Part shown: in pieces, positions 48,366-58,323 of the stretch | Layout: every line of letters begins with the position of its first letter | How positions within the stretch are numbered: the first letter of the stretch is position 1 | Assembly: GCA_044344255.1 (NCBI GenBank) | Contig: JBIJDH010000009.1 | Coordinates: forward strand, 64,001 to 128,000 | DNA length: 64,000 nucleotides | Source: Myxococcota bacterium | Lineage (GTDB): Bacteria; Myxococcota_A; UBA796; UBA2385 | Direction: 5' to 3' | The notes under the pieces: generated by a model | The model's database searches: none | Told to the model about the DNA's origin: nothing | What the model saw: only the letters and a program-made list of their open reading frames with translations | Made by a program: the position numbers and the translations under genes

Positions 48366-50092
48366 GGGGAGGCCTCCGAGAGAGCGCCGGGCGCGAAGGC
48401 CCAGACCTGCACACCATCCTCGACGCTGCGGCGCTCCGCCCGGGTGCCGAGCCAGGCCTCCAGCGCGGCCACCTGCGGCGCGTCCAGCCGATCCCCGAGG
48501 AGCACGAGCCGCACAAATCCCGCCTCGCGCGCCGCGTCGGCGCGTGTCCGCTCTCGGAGGGCCGTCTCGCCGATTGGCAGGCCCGCCACCCGACTGAGCG
48601 CGACCTGCACCTCGAGATCGGCGGGGACGCCCTCCCGACCGTAGTCGAAGGCCACCGGCACCCCGGCGAGGCCGGCGATCGCCAGCGCCTCCTTCGGGCC
48701 CACAACCGGAGACCAGCACGGCGGATCGCCGCTGGGGAAGACGATCGTCGGGCCCTCGAGCTCGGCCAGGGCCGCGGGAGAGAGGGGGAAGGGGGAGCGG
48801 GGGACGCGCCCGCTCGGGATGGTGAGCAAGGTCTCCGCGACGGTGACGACCAGGAGCAGCCCGCGAAGCCAGGGGCTCCGCGCCGCGGCCAGCCCCCCGG
48901 AGATCGCGGCCAGCAGCACCCAGGCGGCGAGGAGGCGGCCACCGTTGCCCATCGAGGCCGTCAAGGGAAGGGCCTGGAGCAGGCGCCCCAACAAGGACGG
49001 AGCCTCCGGGCCGCGGTGCTCGAGGAAGCGCTGGATGAGCTCCGGGCCGGGGCCGGCGAAGTAGAAGGTGAGGGCGAGCAGGCTCCACCGCCGCGCCCCC
49101 GGCATCGTGAGGCCGGCGAGGGCGGCCACCAGGAGGGCGAGGCCGCCCGGGGCGCGGTGGAGAGCCCGGGCCAGCGCCGAGGGGGGGCCCGCGGGGCGCT
49201 CCCTCGGGTCGGTCAACCCTCCCCTTGGGCTGGGGGCGGTGAGCGGGCGGAGCGGGGCCGCGGGGCGCCCGGTGCTGGCGTCCACCAGGGGAGGGGGCTT
49301 CAGCTGGTATCCGTGGCCTTGGTATCGCGGCCCGAGCCGGCCCGACGCCCCGCCCTCCGCGGCGAAGAGGGGCAGCAGGACGAGGCCGCAGGCCAGCCCC
49401 GCCGCCGCCGCGATGCGCGCCCAGGCCGCCCAGCGACGCCGCTCGAAGGGGAGGCCGATCGCGCAGCCGAGGGCGAGGTAGACCGCGTAGTAGGGGCTCG
49501 TGGCGGCGAGGGCCCCGACGCCGAGCCCCACCCCGACGAGGCGCCGCCGATCCGGCCGCTCCCGGGCCTCGAGGAGGGCGGAGAGGGCCAGGGCGCCGAC
49601 GCCAAGGCCGGCGACCTCAAGCACGAGGTCGTGCAGGTTTCGGAGCAGGAAGGGGGAGAGCTCGACGAGGAGCCCGCCCACCGCCGCCGCCGAGGCGGGG
49701 GCCCCGAAGCGCCGAAGCAGCCGGTAAGGGCCGAGGCCGCAGAGGCCGACCAGCAGCACACAGGTGACCGACAGCGCGGCGGGCCCGCCGATGAGCAAGG
49801 CGAGCGGGGCCTCAAAGGCCTGCACCAGCGGGTCCACCGGCCAGAAGGGCGAACCCGCCGGCGCTGCGAGCAGGTCGGCCCAACCCCAGGGGGCCTCGCC
49901 GCGCATCCAGCGCCCCACCTGCGCGCTCACGAAGAGCCGCCCCCAGGCCTCACCCTGTGGCGTGCCGGGCACGCTCCAACCACCCCCGATCCCGCCGAGG
50001 ATCCAGGCGGCGAGCCCGAAGTAGGCCGCACCGACCAGCAGGTCGCCCCCGCGCGCTCGAGAGGAGGCCGTCACGCGAGGATCCGCGTACAC
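48362..50092 (-). CDS. Polytopic membrane protein (possibly GT-C glycosyltransferase-like)
   Basis: Many TM helices; LLAAPAG.PFWPVDP and SPYYAVY motifs. Confidence 0.55.
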   Translation of the reverse strand: MYADPRVTASSRARGGDLLVGAAYFGLAAWILGGIGGGWSVPGTPQGEAWGRLFVSAQVGRWMRGEAPWGWADLLAAPAGSPFWPVDPLVQAFEAPLALLIGGPAALSVTCVLLVGLCGLGPYRLLRRFGAPASAAAVGGLLVELSPFLLRNLHDLVLEVAGLGVGALALSALLEARERPDRRRLVGVGLGVGALAATSPYYAVYLALGCAIGLPFERRRWAAWARIAAAAGLACGLVLLPLFAAEGGASGRLGPRYQGHGYQLKPPPLVDASTGRPAAPLRPLTAPSPRGGLTDPRERPAGPPSALARALHRAPGGLALLVAALAGLTMPGARRWSLLALTFYFAGPGPELIQRFLEHRGPEAPSLLGRLLQALPLTASMGNGGRLLAAWVLLAAISGGLAAARSPWLRGLLLVVTVAETLLTIPSGRVPRSPFPLSPAALAELEGPTIVFPSGDPPCWSPVVGPKEALAIAGLAGVPVAFDYGREGVPADLEVQVALSRVAGLPIGETALRERTRADAAREAGFVRLVLLGDRLDAPQVAALEAWLGTRAERRSVEDGVQVWAFAPGALSEASP

Positions 50093-51048
50093 GGGCCTCC
50101 AGCCATCGCCCGGGCCAGGTTCTCCGGGGAGGTCACCACCACCGACCGTGCGTTCACCGATGCCGGGTCGGCGTCGACCGACGGGCGCGGGGCAGTGAGG
50201 AAGCCGATCGCGGCGTCGATCTTGGGGCCCATCGAGCCGGGGGGGAACTGGCCCTCGGCGGCCCAGCCGCGCAGCTCGGCGAGGCTCACGGTGGCCAAGG
50301 GCCGACGGGTCGGCCGCTCATAGTCGAGCCAGACCTGATCGACCCCGGTCAGCACCATCAGGGTCTCGGCGCCGATGCTCGCCGCGAGGAGCGCCGAGGT
50401 GAGGTCCTTGTCGATGACGGCCTCGACCCCCGCCAGCCCGGCGATGCTGCGAATGACCGGCACGCCGCCGCCGCCGCAGGCGATGACGATGACCCCGGCG
50501 CGCGCCAGGAGATCGATCAGGGGGGCCTCGACGATCTCCAAGGGGACCGGAGAGGCCACCACCCGCCGCCAGCCACGGTCGCTGTCCCGCTTGACCTGCC
50601 ACCCGAGCTCTCGGGCCCGCTCCCGAGCCTCCGCTTCGGTATAAAATCGGCCTACATACTTGGTCGGCTCATGAAAGGCGGGGTCGTCGGCGCAGACCAC
50701 CACCTGGGTGATGAGCGTGACGACCCGCCGAGGATCTCCTCGGCGGGCCAGGGAATTGTTGAGGGCGACCTGAAAGAGCCAGCCGATCTCTCCCTCCGTG
50801 GCGGCGACGGCGACGTCGAGCGGGGTGGGCGGGATTTGATCTTTCAACAGATCGCTGCGGAGGAGATGACGCCCCACCTGGGGGCCATTTCCGTGTGTGA
50901 GCACGAGCCCGCCAGGGGCTTGGATCTGCACCACCTGCTCCGCGACCTCCGCCACGCGGGCGGCCTGCTCTTCGACGGTGCCCACTTCGCCGGGGCGGAT
51001 GAGGGCGTTGCCCCCGAAGGCGATGACGAGCGGAGCGGGCCGGCGCAT
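50071..51048 (-). CDS. arcC: Carbamate kinase
   Basis: AFGGNAL, THGNGPQVG, RRVVASP, GGGGVPV, EAVIDKD, GSMGPK. Confidence 0.95.
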   Translation of the reverse strand: MRRPAPLVIAFGGNALIRPGEVGTVEEQAARVAEVAEQVVQIQAPGGLVLTHGNGPQVGRHLLRSDLLKDQIPPTPLDVAVAATEGEIGWLFQVALNNSLARRGDPRRVVTLITQVVVCADDPAFHEPTKYVGRFYTEAEARERARELGWQVKRDSDRGWRRVVASPVPLEIVEAPLIDLLARAGVIVIACGGGGVPVIRSIAGLAGVEAVIDKDLTSALLAASIGAETLMVLTGVDQVWLDYERPTRRPLATVSLAELRGWAAEGQFPPGSMGPKIDAAIGFLTAPRPSVDADPASVNARSVVVTSPENLARAMAGGPCTRILA

Positions 51049-51240
51049 GGAGATCGTGTGGATGAGAGGGAGGACATGCGATAACGGGCCCCGTCTGTCA
51101 CGTCGCGGAAGCTCCCCCCGTCGCGGATCGTGGGTGACAGCTGCGATGACCACGGAGCCCTGTGCGCCTGCCCACCAGCGCGCCGCCGAGCCCAGCATCA
51201 TCGCAGTACGCGGGCGCGGACGATGGGGTAAGGTGGCGCG

Positions 51241-52473
51241 ATGTACGGCGATACTCCCCTCATCATGGTCGAAGATCAGACCGCCCTCCTGGCGATGGTC
51301 GAGACGCTCCGTCAAGCGCCCGTCATCGGGCTGGACACCGAGGCGGACTCTTTCCATCACTATCGAGAGAAGCTCTGTTTAATCCAGATCTCCGATCTGG
51401 TGAGCGACTACATCGTGGACCCCCTGAAGGTCGCCGACCTGTCGCCGCTCGCGGCGGTCCTCGAAGACCCGAACATCGTCAAGGTCCTCCACGGCGGGGA
51501 CTACGACGTGGTGAGCATCAAGCGCGACACCGGCATCCAGATCCGGCACATCTTCGACACGATGGTCGCCGCGCAGTTCCTCGGCATGCCACGGGTGGGC
51601 CTCGCCGACCTCATCGGCCGATACTTCGGCGTGGTGATCGACAAGCGTTATCAGCGGCACGACTGGGCCCAGCGCCCCCTCGAGATCGAGCACCTCGACT
51701 ACGCACGCGGCGACACCCACTGGCTCCTCGCCCTGCGTGACGTGCTCACCCGACGCCTCGAGCAGACCGGCCGCCTGAGGGCGATGCAGGAAGAGTGCGC
51801 GGTGCTGGAGGAGCGCCAGTGGGGCGGCCGCGAGCACGGCCCCGCCGACTTCCTCCGCGTGAAGGGCTCCACCGGCCTCGACGAGCCCGGCTTCCGCGTG
51901 CTCCGGGCGCTGTGGGCCTACCGCGACCAGTGCGCTCGGGAGGCCGACCGCCCGGCCTTCAAAGTGCTCCCCGATCCCGTGCTGCTCAGCATCGCTCAGC
52001 AGCGCCCGACCACCCCGGACGCGCTCGCCGAGCACATGCGCCGGGGCTCGGCGATGGCGCGCCGGCACGGGGACGCCCTCCTCCAGTGTGTCACCGACGG
52101 CCTCGCCGATCCCACCCCGCTGCCCGACAAGCAGTCTCGGAACGCCCGCTCCAAGACCCCGCGCGCGGAGGAGGCCCCCGGCATCGATCGCCTGATGGCG
52201 GTGCTCAAGGTCTGGCGGAACGACGTGGTCAGCCGCCGAGGCCTCGCGCCGGTGGTCGTCGCGAACAACGGCCTGCTGAAGGAGATCGCCCGCCTCGCCC
52301 CCACCACGCAGGAGGCCCTCGCCGCGGTGCCGGGGATCCGCGCCTGGCAGGTCGAAGACTTCGGCGCCGAGATCCTCGCCCTGGTCGGCTCGATTGAGTC
52401 CTCGACCTCCTCCGGCGCGAAGAAGCGCCGGCGGCGGCGGCGGCGGACCGGCGGCGGGGAGTCCGAAGGCTGA
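51241..52473 (+). CDS. rnd: Ribonuclease D (DEDDy exonuclease + two HRDC domains)
   Basis: LDTEADSFHHY, LCLIQI, FDTMVAA, DWAQRPL, YARGD. Confidence 0.92.
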   Translation: MYGDTPLIMVEDQTALLAMVETLRQAPVIGLDTEADSFHHYREKLCLIQISDLVSDYIVDPLKVADLSPLAAVLEDPNIVKVLHGGDYDVVSIKRDTGIQIRHIFDTMVAAQFLGMPRVGLADLIGRYFGVVIDKRYQRHDWAQRPLEIEHLDYARGDTHWLLALRDVLTRRLEQTGRLRAMQEECAVLEERQWGGREHGPADFLRVKGSTGLDEPGFRVLRALWAYRDQCAREADRPAFKVLPDPVLLSIAQQRPTTPDALAEHMRRGSAMARRHGDALLQCVTDGLADPTPLPDKQSRNARSKTPRAEEAPGIDRLMAVLKVWRNDVVSRRGLAPVVVANNGLLKEIARLAPTTQEALAAVPGIRAWQVEDFGAEILALVGSIESSTSSGAKKRRRRRRRTGGGESEG

Positions 52474-52491
52474 ACCGCGCTCGTGCTCCCC

Positions 52492-53790
52492 TCAGCGGGA
52501 GGGAGCGCCGCGTCGCCGATCCCGGCTGATCAGCCCACAGAGGCCCACCAAGAGGAGGCCCGCCACCGGTGCCCGGCCGCGGGGGAGCGTGGAGCAGCCG
52601 CCCTTGCCGTCGTCGTCGTCGCCGATGACCGTGCCAGACTCTTCGTCTCGCGGCCCGTGATCGGGGGGCACGCCGCCGCCGTCGGTCGCGCCGCCGTCGC
52701 TGCCGTCGGTACCCCCGTCGGCGCCGCCGTCCGTTCCGCCGTCCGTGCCGCCGTCGCCCCCGCCGTCGGTGCCCGCCTCCTCGGTGGTGGCGGCGTCGAT
52801 CGCGGCCCAGAAGTCGGGATCTCCGCCGTCATAGCCGATGGCCCAGAAGCCGATGCCGCCGAGGCCGCGATCGAGGGCGTACTCCGTCTTCAAGACGATC
52901 GACTCGGTGTCGTCGTACCAGACCTGGGTGGTGCTGCCGGCGGCGTACCAAGGGGAGGCGCTCTCTTCGTCCCACTGCTTGCCGTACACGGCGGCCTCGT
53001 ACTCGGCGTCGGTGTAGGTGATGCTCCCGTCCGAGTCGTAGGTGGTGGCGGGCACCACGCTCGAGCTGGCCACGACCCAGGCCTGGCCGTAGAGCGGGAG
53101 CCCGATGACCACCTTGGAGAGGATCGCGTCGTAGGCTTCATAGTCGTCGATCGACCACTCCAGGGAGTAGGCCCCCCAGCGGCTGCTCCCGTACAGGGGC
53201 AGGTTGGGCCCGGCGTCTCCCCCCGACCAGTGGACGCCGTAGCCCATGATGAAGAGACCATCGGCGACGGCGCTCAGGGCCGAGTAGTCGAAGGCCCCGC
53301 TCCAATCGACGAGGGGGGTCGCGATCCAGACCTCGCCGGTGCGGGCCTGGAGCTCCTCGATGAAGGTGACGAAGACGTCGCTGTCTTCACCGTAGAGGCC
53401 CTCGAAGTCGACGTTGACACCGTCGGCGCCGTAGGCGTCTACCTGGTCACCGAGGGCCTCCACGAGCTTCGCCCGGGCGCTCGCCGAGTTCAGGAGGGCG
53501 TGCTGGACGCCACCGTCAAAGGAGGCCACGCCGAGGTGGACCTTCACGCCGCTCGCGTTGCCCAGCGAGACCGCCTCCGCGGCGCGATCCGTCCAGTGCG
53601 AGAGAGAGCTGAGGGATCCGTCTGAGTTCGCCGCCACCTCGAAGATGCAGAGGTGCGTCAGGCTCGACCAGGGGACCTCAGCAGGCGACTCCTCCCAGTA
53701 GGGGAGGTAGCCGTACACCACGCCCGTGCGGACCAGCTCAGGAGGGGGCGGAGCGGAGAGGGCCTGCTGAACGAGGAGGAGGAGCATCAT
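52492..53790 (-). CDS. GH18 glycoside hydrolase with GGTD linker and MYXO-CTERM-like tail
   Basis: GYLPYW, DGVNVDFE, IMGYG, GLPLYG, VWYDD, GIGFWAIG; C-terminal KGGCST, TM helix, Arg-rich end. Confidence 0.88.
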   Translation of the reverse strand: MMLLLLVQQALSAPPPPELVRTGVVYGYLPYWEESPAEVPWSSLTHLCIFEVAANSDGSLSSLSHWTDRAAEAVSLGNASGVKVHLGVASFDGGVQHALLNSASARAKLVEALGDQVDAYGADGVNVDFEGLYGEDSDVFVTFIEELQARTGEVWIATPLVDWSGAFDYSALSAVADGLFIMGYGVHWSGGDAGPNLPLYGSSRWGAYSLEWSIDDYEAYDAILSKVVIGLPLYGQAWVVASSSVVPATTYDSDGSITYTDAEYEAAVYGKQWDEESASPWYAAGSTTQVWYDDTESIVLKTEYALDRGLGGIGFWAIGYDGGDPDFWAAIDAATTEEAGTDGGGDGGTDGGTDGGADGGTDGSDGGATDGGGVPPDHGPRDEESGTVIGDDDDGKGGCSTLPRGRAPVAGLLLVGLCGLISRDRRRGAPSR

Positions 53791-53796
53791 GCCCCG

Positions 53797-53802
53797 ATTA
53801 TA
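53797..53802 (-). promoter_or_regulatory. -10 box of a putative leaderless transcript
   Basis: TATAAT, 6 nt, then the GH18 ATG; no SD. Confidence 0.6.
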
Positions 53803-53889
53803 CACATCGGGGTGGACGCTCCTTCCGGTGACCTCAAGGGCGAGGGACGGCCTAGGCCGGCGCCCCGAAGCAGGGCCTCGATCGACGGC

Positions 53890-54207
53890 TCAGTGACCGC
53901 GACCAGCCTTGCCACCCTTGCCCGCCTTGCCGCCGCGCCCACCGCCGCCGCCGGACTTCGACTCTTCGGTGGCCTCGGTGGTGGTGGTGGTGGTGGTCTC
54001 CGTGGTGGTGGTGGCCGCCGCGGGGGCGGCCTCGGCCGGCGGCGCGGCGGCGGGCTCAGCGGGGGCGGCGGCGGGCGCGGCCGCGGCGGGCTCAGCGGCG
54101 GCGGGCGCCGGAGTGGCCTCGGGGGCGGGGGTGGTCACCTCGGAGCTGCCCCCGCAGGCGAGGATGGCGGCGGCGAGGGCGAGGACGACGGGGAAGAGGC
54201 GCTTCAT
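53890..54207 (-). CDS. Small low-complexity lipoprotein (Ala/Pro, poly-Thr, Gly/Lys tail)
   Basis: MKR...ILAC lipobox; GGAG SD. Confidence 0.7.
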   Translation of the reverse strand: MKRLFPVVLALAAAILACGGSSEVTTPAPEATPAPAAAEPAAAAPAAAPAEPAAAPPAEAAPAAATTTTETTTTTTTEATEESKSGGGGGRGGKAGKGGKAGRGH

Positions 54208-54304
54208 CATGATCTCCAAGGGAACGTGCGGGCGTCGCTTATTGTGTTTTGGCGCGCACGGGCAGCTCCGGCGACGAGATCCTCGCGGGGAGCCCCCGCC
54301 GGCC

Positions 54305-56677
54305 TCAGGGCTCGGCGACCTTCACCGCGGTGACGAGCCGCTCGGCGACCACGCCATGCCCGAGCGCCGTCAAGTGCGAGTCGTCGAGGAAGACGGGCCC
54401 GCCGCGGTGATCGTAGAGCACGCCCGCGAGATCGAGGTACTGGACGTGGTCGGGGTCCGCGGCCGCGACCCGGCTCATCATCGTGTTGTATGTGTACAGC
54501 GGGCCCGGATCGGGAGACAGGCCCTCGCTGGCCAGGATCAGCCGGCCGCCCCGCCCGACCACGAGGTCGCGGATGGCCTGGAGGTTGAGCTCAGCGTCCT
54601 CCACGGGCACCGCGACTCGGCGGTCGGCCGGCCGGAGCGCGGCGAGCCCGTACCGAAGGCCCATGTAGAGCCGGAAGCGTTGGAAGAAGGTGCTCAGCGA
54701 GCGGTTGGCGCCCACCTGCCGCCAGGCCGTATAGAGCTCGGCGAAGGGGAGGGGAACGGGGGTCAGCGCGTCATTCCGACCGACGTACAGCGTGAGCACG
54801 TCGGGGTCGAGCGCGTCGATGGACGCCTCGAGGTAGCGGCGGATGTGCCAGGTCGTCCATCCGCCCACGCCCTGGTTCACCACCTGCCAGGCCGGACCGA
54901 GGGCCTCGGCCATGCGCGCGGGGTAGAACTCGTCGAGATCATCGTTCTGGAAGGCGCCGCCGGTGCTGCTCCCGCCCATCGCCACGAGGCGCCGGCGACC
55001 GTCGGCGGCGGGGATGGGGACGGGGAAGCCGCGGTCCGGGTAGCGCGTGTGCCTCCCCGACTCGAAGAGCTGAAACTGCTCGTTGGCGGTGGGGATGATG
55101 CCGTAGATGTCGCCGATGTCGCCGTGGGTTCGAGGGGACCACGCCACGCCCGCCTCGGTGTAGCGGACCATGTGCTCGAGGGAGATCAGGCTCAGCCCCA
55201 GGGCGGCGAGGCAGATGAAGTTGTACGCGGCGAGCCGCGGCGCGTTGGCGTTCGCCCAGACGAGGAGCGCGGCGGAGAGGCCCACGCCGCCGGCCAGCGG
55301 CACCGCGATCGGGTGCAGGGGGCTGAGCTGCGCGAGGACGCAGGCGGCGAGGGTGCCGCTTCCCACGATCCAGGTGGCCGACCGCTCCGGACACAGGCTG
55401 CCGAGGCGGCGCATCACCGCCGGCACGACCAGCGCCGCGCCGATCGAGGCGCCCACCCCGAGCAGGATGACGCTCCCCTGCGAGAGGGGGGCCGGCGCCC
55501 CGGCGACGGCCAGCACCGAAGGCATCCCCGCGGCGAAGGGGGCGGAGCGGGGCCAGTCGCGCCGATCGCGGTCCCAGGTGGCGCCGCCCTGCTCCCGAAG
55601 CGCGCGGCCGAGGTGGTGGGCCAGCTTGAGCCCCGTCACCAGGCCCACCGGACCGAGCACGGACAGCGCGCCGTCGGGGAGCCAGGTGAGCCGCGCGGTC
55701 TCCGTCCAGAGCCGGGTGTCGACGAAGCGGAGCGGCAGCGCGAGGATCAGCGGAGCGGAGGTGAGGGCGACGAGGAGCGGCCATGCCCCCAGCCACAGCT
55801 CGGCGACCGCGACCAGCAGTCCGACGAGCGCCCCGACCAGCCAGAACAGCGGCCGGAGGCCCGGACCGGGGGCCGGTGACTCCACGCCGTTCACGGTGAG
55901 ACCGCCGATCGCCACGCGCCGCATGCCCGGGTGTACCGAGGGACCCCGGGTGCCGAGCACCACCGGGCACTCGACCCGCGCTCCACCCACGGACACGCGC
56001 ACCCCGTCAGGCGCCGGCACGATCGAGACCTCCAACGGGGTGGCGCCGGGCGCCGGCAGTCCGTCGGAGCACGGCAGGCGGCTCCGGCCGGCCGCGGTGA
56101 CCGTGACCACCTCCGACGAGGGCACGCCCAGGCGCTCGAGGACGAGGCCCACCGCTCGCTCGGTCGGGGTCGAAGGCGGTTGGGAGAGCGTGGACGGCAA
56201 CCACCGAAAGCCGGGGACCCATTCGAGCATCTCGGCGTCGCGCTCGAAGTTGGAGGCGCTCGGTGGGCGGCCCCCGGCCGGCGCGCCCCGGGCGCCGCCT
56301 TCCGCTTCATTGCGCCCGGGGGCCTGCATCACGGGCTGCTTCGGCGGAGGGGAGGAGGCCCAAAGCACGATCTGCCCCTCCTCTGGGAGCCGCACTCGCC
56401 CGCTCAGGGCGCTCGGGCTCACCGCTGCGGCCGGATCGAGGGGGAAGATCACCTCGCCGAAGTCGAGAGACCAGTCCTCGGGCTGGATGGGCAGCGTCCC
56501 AGCAAGATCCGTGAGGTGGTACGGCACGGGGCTCGCCTCCCGCTGCCAGCCGGCGGGCGGGAGCTGCGCACGCCCGACCACCCGCCCGGAGTAGACCGCT
56601 TCGGCCACCACGGCCCCCCCGGTGAGGCCGAGGGCGAGCACGAGGAGCCGGGTTCGGTCGATGTCCGCGGCGCGCAT
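54305..56677 (-). CDS. Membrane protein with C-terminal SGNH/GDSL hydrolase domain
   Basis: Multi-TM core; GGSSTGG, NQGVGG, VGRND, DDSH blocks. Confidence 0.8.
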   Translation of the reverse strand: MRAADIDRTRLLVLALGLTGGAVVAEAVYSGRVVGRAQLPPAGWQREASPVPYHLTDLAGTLPIQPEDWSLDFGEVIFPLDPAAAVSPSALSGRVRLPEEGQIVLWASSPPPKQPVMQAPGRNEAEGGARGAPAGGRPPSASNFERDAEMLEWVPGFRWLPSTLSQPPSTPTERAVGLVLERLGVPSSEVVTVTAAGRSRLPCSDGLPAPGATPLEVSIVPAPDGVRVSVGGARVECPVVLGTRGPSVHPGMRRVAIGGLTVNGVESPAPGPGLRPLFWLVGALVGLLVAVAELWLGAWPLLVALTSAPLILALPLRFVDTRLWTETARLTWLPDGALSVLGPVGLVTGLKLAHHLGRALREQGGATWDRDRRDWPRSAPFAAGMPSVLAVAGAPAPLSQGSVILLGVGASIGAALVVPAVMRRLGSLCPERSATWIVGSGTLAACVLAQLSPLHPIAVPLAGGVGLSAALLVWANANAPRLAAYNFICLAALGLSLISLEHMVRYTEAGVAWSPRTHGDIGDIYGIIPTANEQFQLFESGRHTRYPDRGFPVPIPAADGRRRLVAMGGSSTGGAFQNDDLDEFYPARMAEALGPAWQVVNQGVGGWTTWHIRRYLEASIDALDPDVLTLYVGRNDALTPVPLPFAELYTAWRQVGANRSLSTFFQRFRLYMGLRYGLAALRPADRRVAVPVEDAELNLQAIRDLVVGRGGRLILASEGLSPDPGPLYTYNTMMSRVAAADPDHVQYLDLAGVLYDHRGGPVFLDDSHLTALGHGVVAERLVTAVKVAEP

Positions 56678-57286
56678 TCAGGTGACCGGCACGGCCTTCA
56701 CCTTCGCCTTGCCCTCTTCGACCGTCACCCGGAAGCGGACCTGCTCGACGCCGAAGCGGCTCTTGATCGTGCGAGTCTGCTTCTGCAGGACATCTCGCAC
56801 GGACTCGTAGGTGAGATCGCCGGCCTGCCCGCACTCCGCCCGCGTCTTGACGTATTTCTCATAGATCTCGCGGTAGCCGGCCTCCTCCCGCTCCTGGGGG
56901 GTCAACGGCCGAGGCTTCGGCGCCGACTTCTCCGCCTCGCCGGACTCGACGCCGCGCTGGCGGTCGTGAAGATCGGCCCGGAACTTCATCCGAGGGTGGG
57001 TGCCGCGCTCCACCATCACGAGGTTGCGGGTCAAATAGAGGTCCAGGCTCGAAAAACGAGCCCGGAGCGTGTTGATCCGATACTGTTGCGCGGTGTTCTT
57101 CACGGACGTGAGCTCGGCGATGATGTCGCGCAGGGCCCGCTTCATGTCGTCCCGCTCTCGAACGGGCTCGATCGACTCCAAGCCGGAGAAGTACTTCTCG
57201 TACTCGATCTTGAGGATGAACATGCGCTTTTCGAATTCGTCGAGGCGCGAACCCAAGCCGCGGTCAAGTCTTTGGACCTTCGCCAC
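56678..57286 (-). CDS. MXAN_5187 C-terminal domain-like protein
   Basis: LKIEYEKYFSGLE, IYEKYVKTRAECG, FRVTVEEGKAKVKAVP; GTG after GGAGG. Confidence 0.75.
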   Translation of the reverse strand: MAKVQRLDRGLGSRLDEFEKRMFILKIEYEKYFSGLESIEPVRERDDMKRALRDIIAELTSVKNTAQQYRINTLRARFSSLDLYLTRNLVMVERGTHPRMKFRADLHDRQRGVESGEAEKSAPKPRPLTPQEREEAGYREIYEKYVKTRAECGQAGDLTYESVRDVLQKQTRTIKSRFGVEQVRFRVTVEEGKAKVKAVPVT

Positions 57287-57492
57287 TTCCTGCTCCTCCC
57301 TCAATCAACTGTGCTCGAAAGGCAACTCTGCTCGATCGGACATCGAGGCGGTCGAACGACACGAAGGCCGAAGAGCGGAGCCGCGCGACGCCGCCCCCTC
57401 CCGGTCGGCCCGCTCAGCACCGACCCGCATTCAGGTAGTCTACCACCCGTGACGGGGGACCCCCTCCGCACCACCCGACCTTCGGCAGGCAG

Positions 57493-58305
57493 ATGCCCGA
57501 TCCAGAGCGGCTAAGAGTCCTCGTCGTAGACGACGAGGAGGAGATCCTGGAGCTCCTCGGCGAGTACCTCAAGGCGCGTGGCCACGAGGTCCGCACGGCG
57601 TACGACGGGCGCGACGCCATCGACCTCATCCGTCAGGGCGCGCTCGATCTGGTGATCACCGACCTGAAGATGCCCGGAATGGGCGGCATCGAGCTCCAGA
57701 CCGAGATCGCCCGACTGAACCAACCGGTGGCGACGATCCTGATGACCGGCTTCGGCACGGTGGAGACCGCCGTCCAGGCGATGCAGGCGGGGGCCTACGA
57801 CTATCTGCTCAAGCCCTTCAAGCTCCGCAGCGTGCACGACGCCATGCTCCGCGCCTGGGAGCGGCTCCGACGGGAGCGGGAGCAGGCCCGCCGCGCCGAG
57901 CTCGTTCAGTTCTATGAGGTCGCGACCAGCCTCGATGATCCCGCTGGGCTGCCCCGCCTCTTCGGCCTGCTCGCCGCGGTGGCGCGACGGGAGACCGCCG
58001 CCGACGAGGTCGCGCTGTGGATGCGCGGCCCGTCGGGTTGGGAGGCGGTGGCGCGCGGGGGCACCGTTCGCCGGCTCGCGACCTTCGACGTCGAGGGGAT
58101 CTCAAGCCCCATCGATCTCCCCGAGGGCGGGGCCGCGGCGCCGATCCTCGTCGGCTATGCCCGCGCCGGCGTGATCGCGGTGGCGGGCGGCGAGCGGCGG
58201 GCGAACCGCCTCGAGCGGCTCCTGCTCCTGTCGCGGGTGCTCGGTCAAAACCTCGCCCGCCTCGGGTGGCAGCCCCGCCTGAGCGAGGGGAGGGGCTCCG
58301 CCTGA
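57493..58305 (+). CDS. Response regulator (REC + degenerate GAF-like region)
   Basis: VLVVDDE, ITDLKMPG, MTGFG, DYLLKPF; no recognisable DNA-binding or enzymatic output domain. Confidence 0.85.
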   Translation: MPDPERLRVLVVDDEEEILELLGEYLKARGHEVRTAYDGRDAIDLIRQGALDLVITDLKMPGMGGIELQTEIARLNQPVATILMTGFGTVETAVQAMQAGAYDYLLKPFKLRSVHDAMLRAWERLRREREQARRAELVQFYEVATSLDDPAGLPRLFGLLAAVARRETAADEVALWMRGPSGWEAVARGGTVRRLATFDVEGISSPIDLPEGGAAAPILVGYARAGVIAVAGGERRANRLERLLLLSRVLGQNLARLGWQPRLSEGRGSA

Positions 58306-58323
58306 GCGGGGCCCGCCTCGGGC

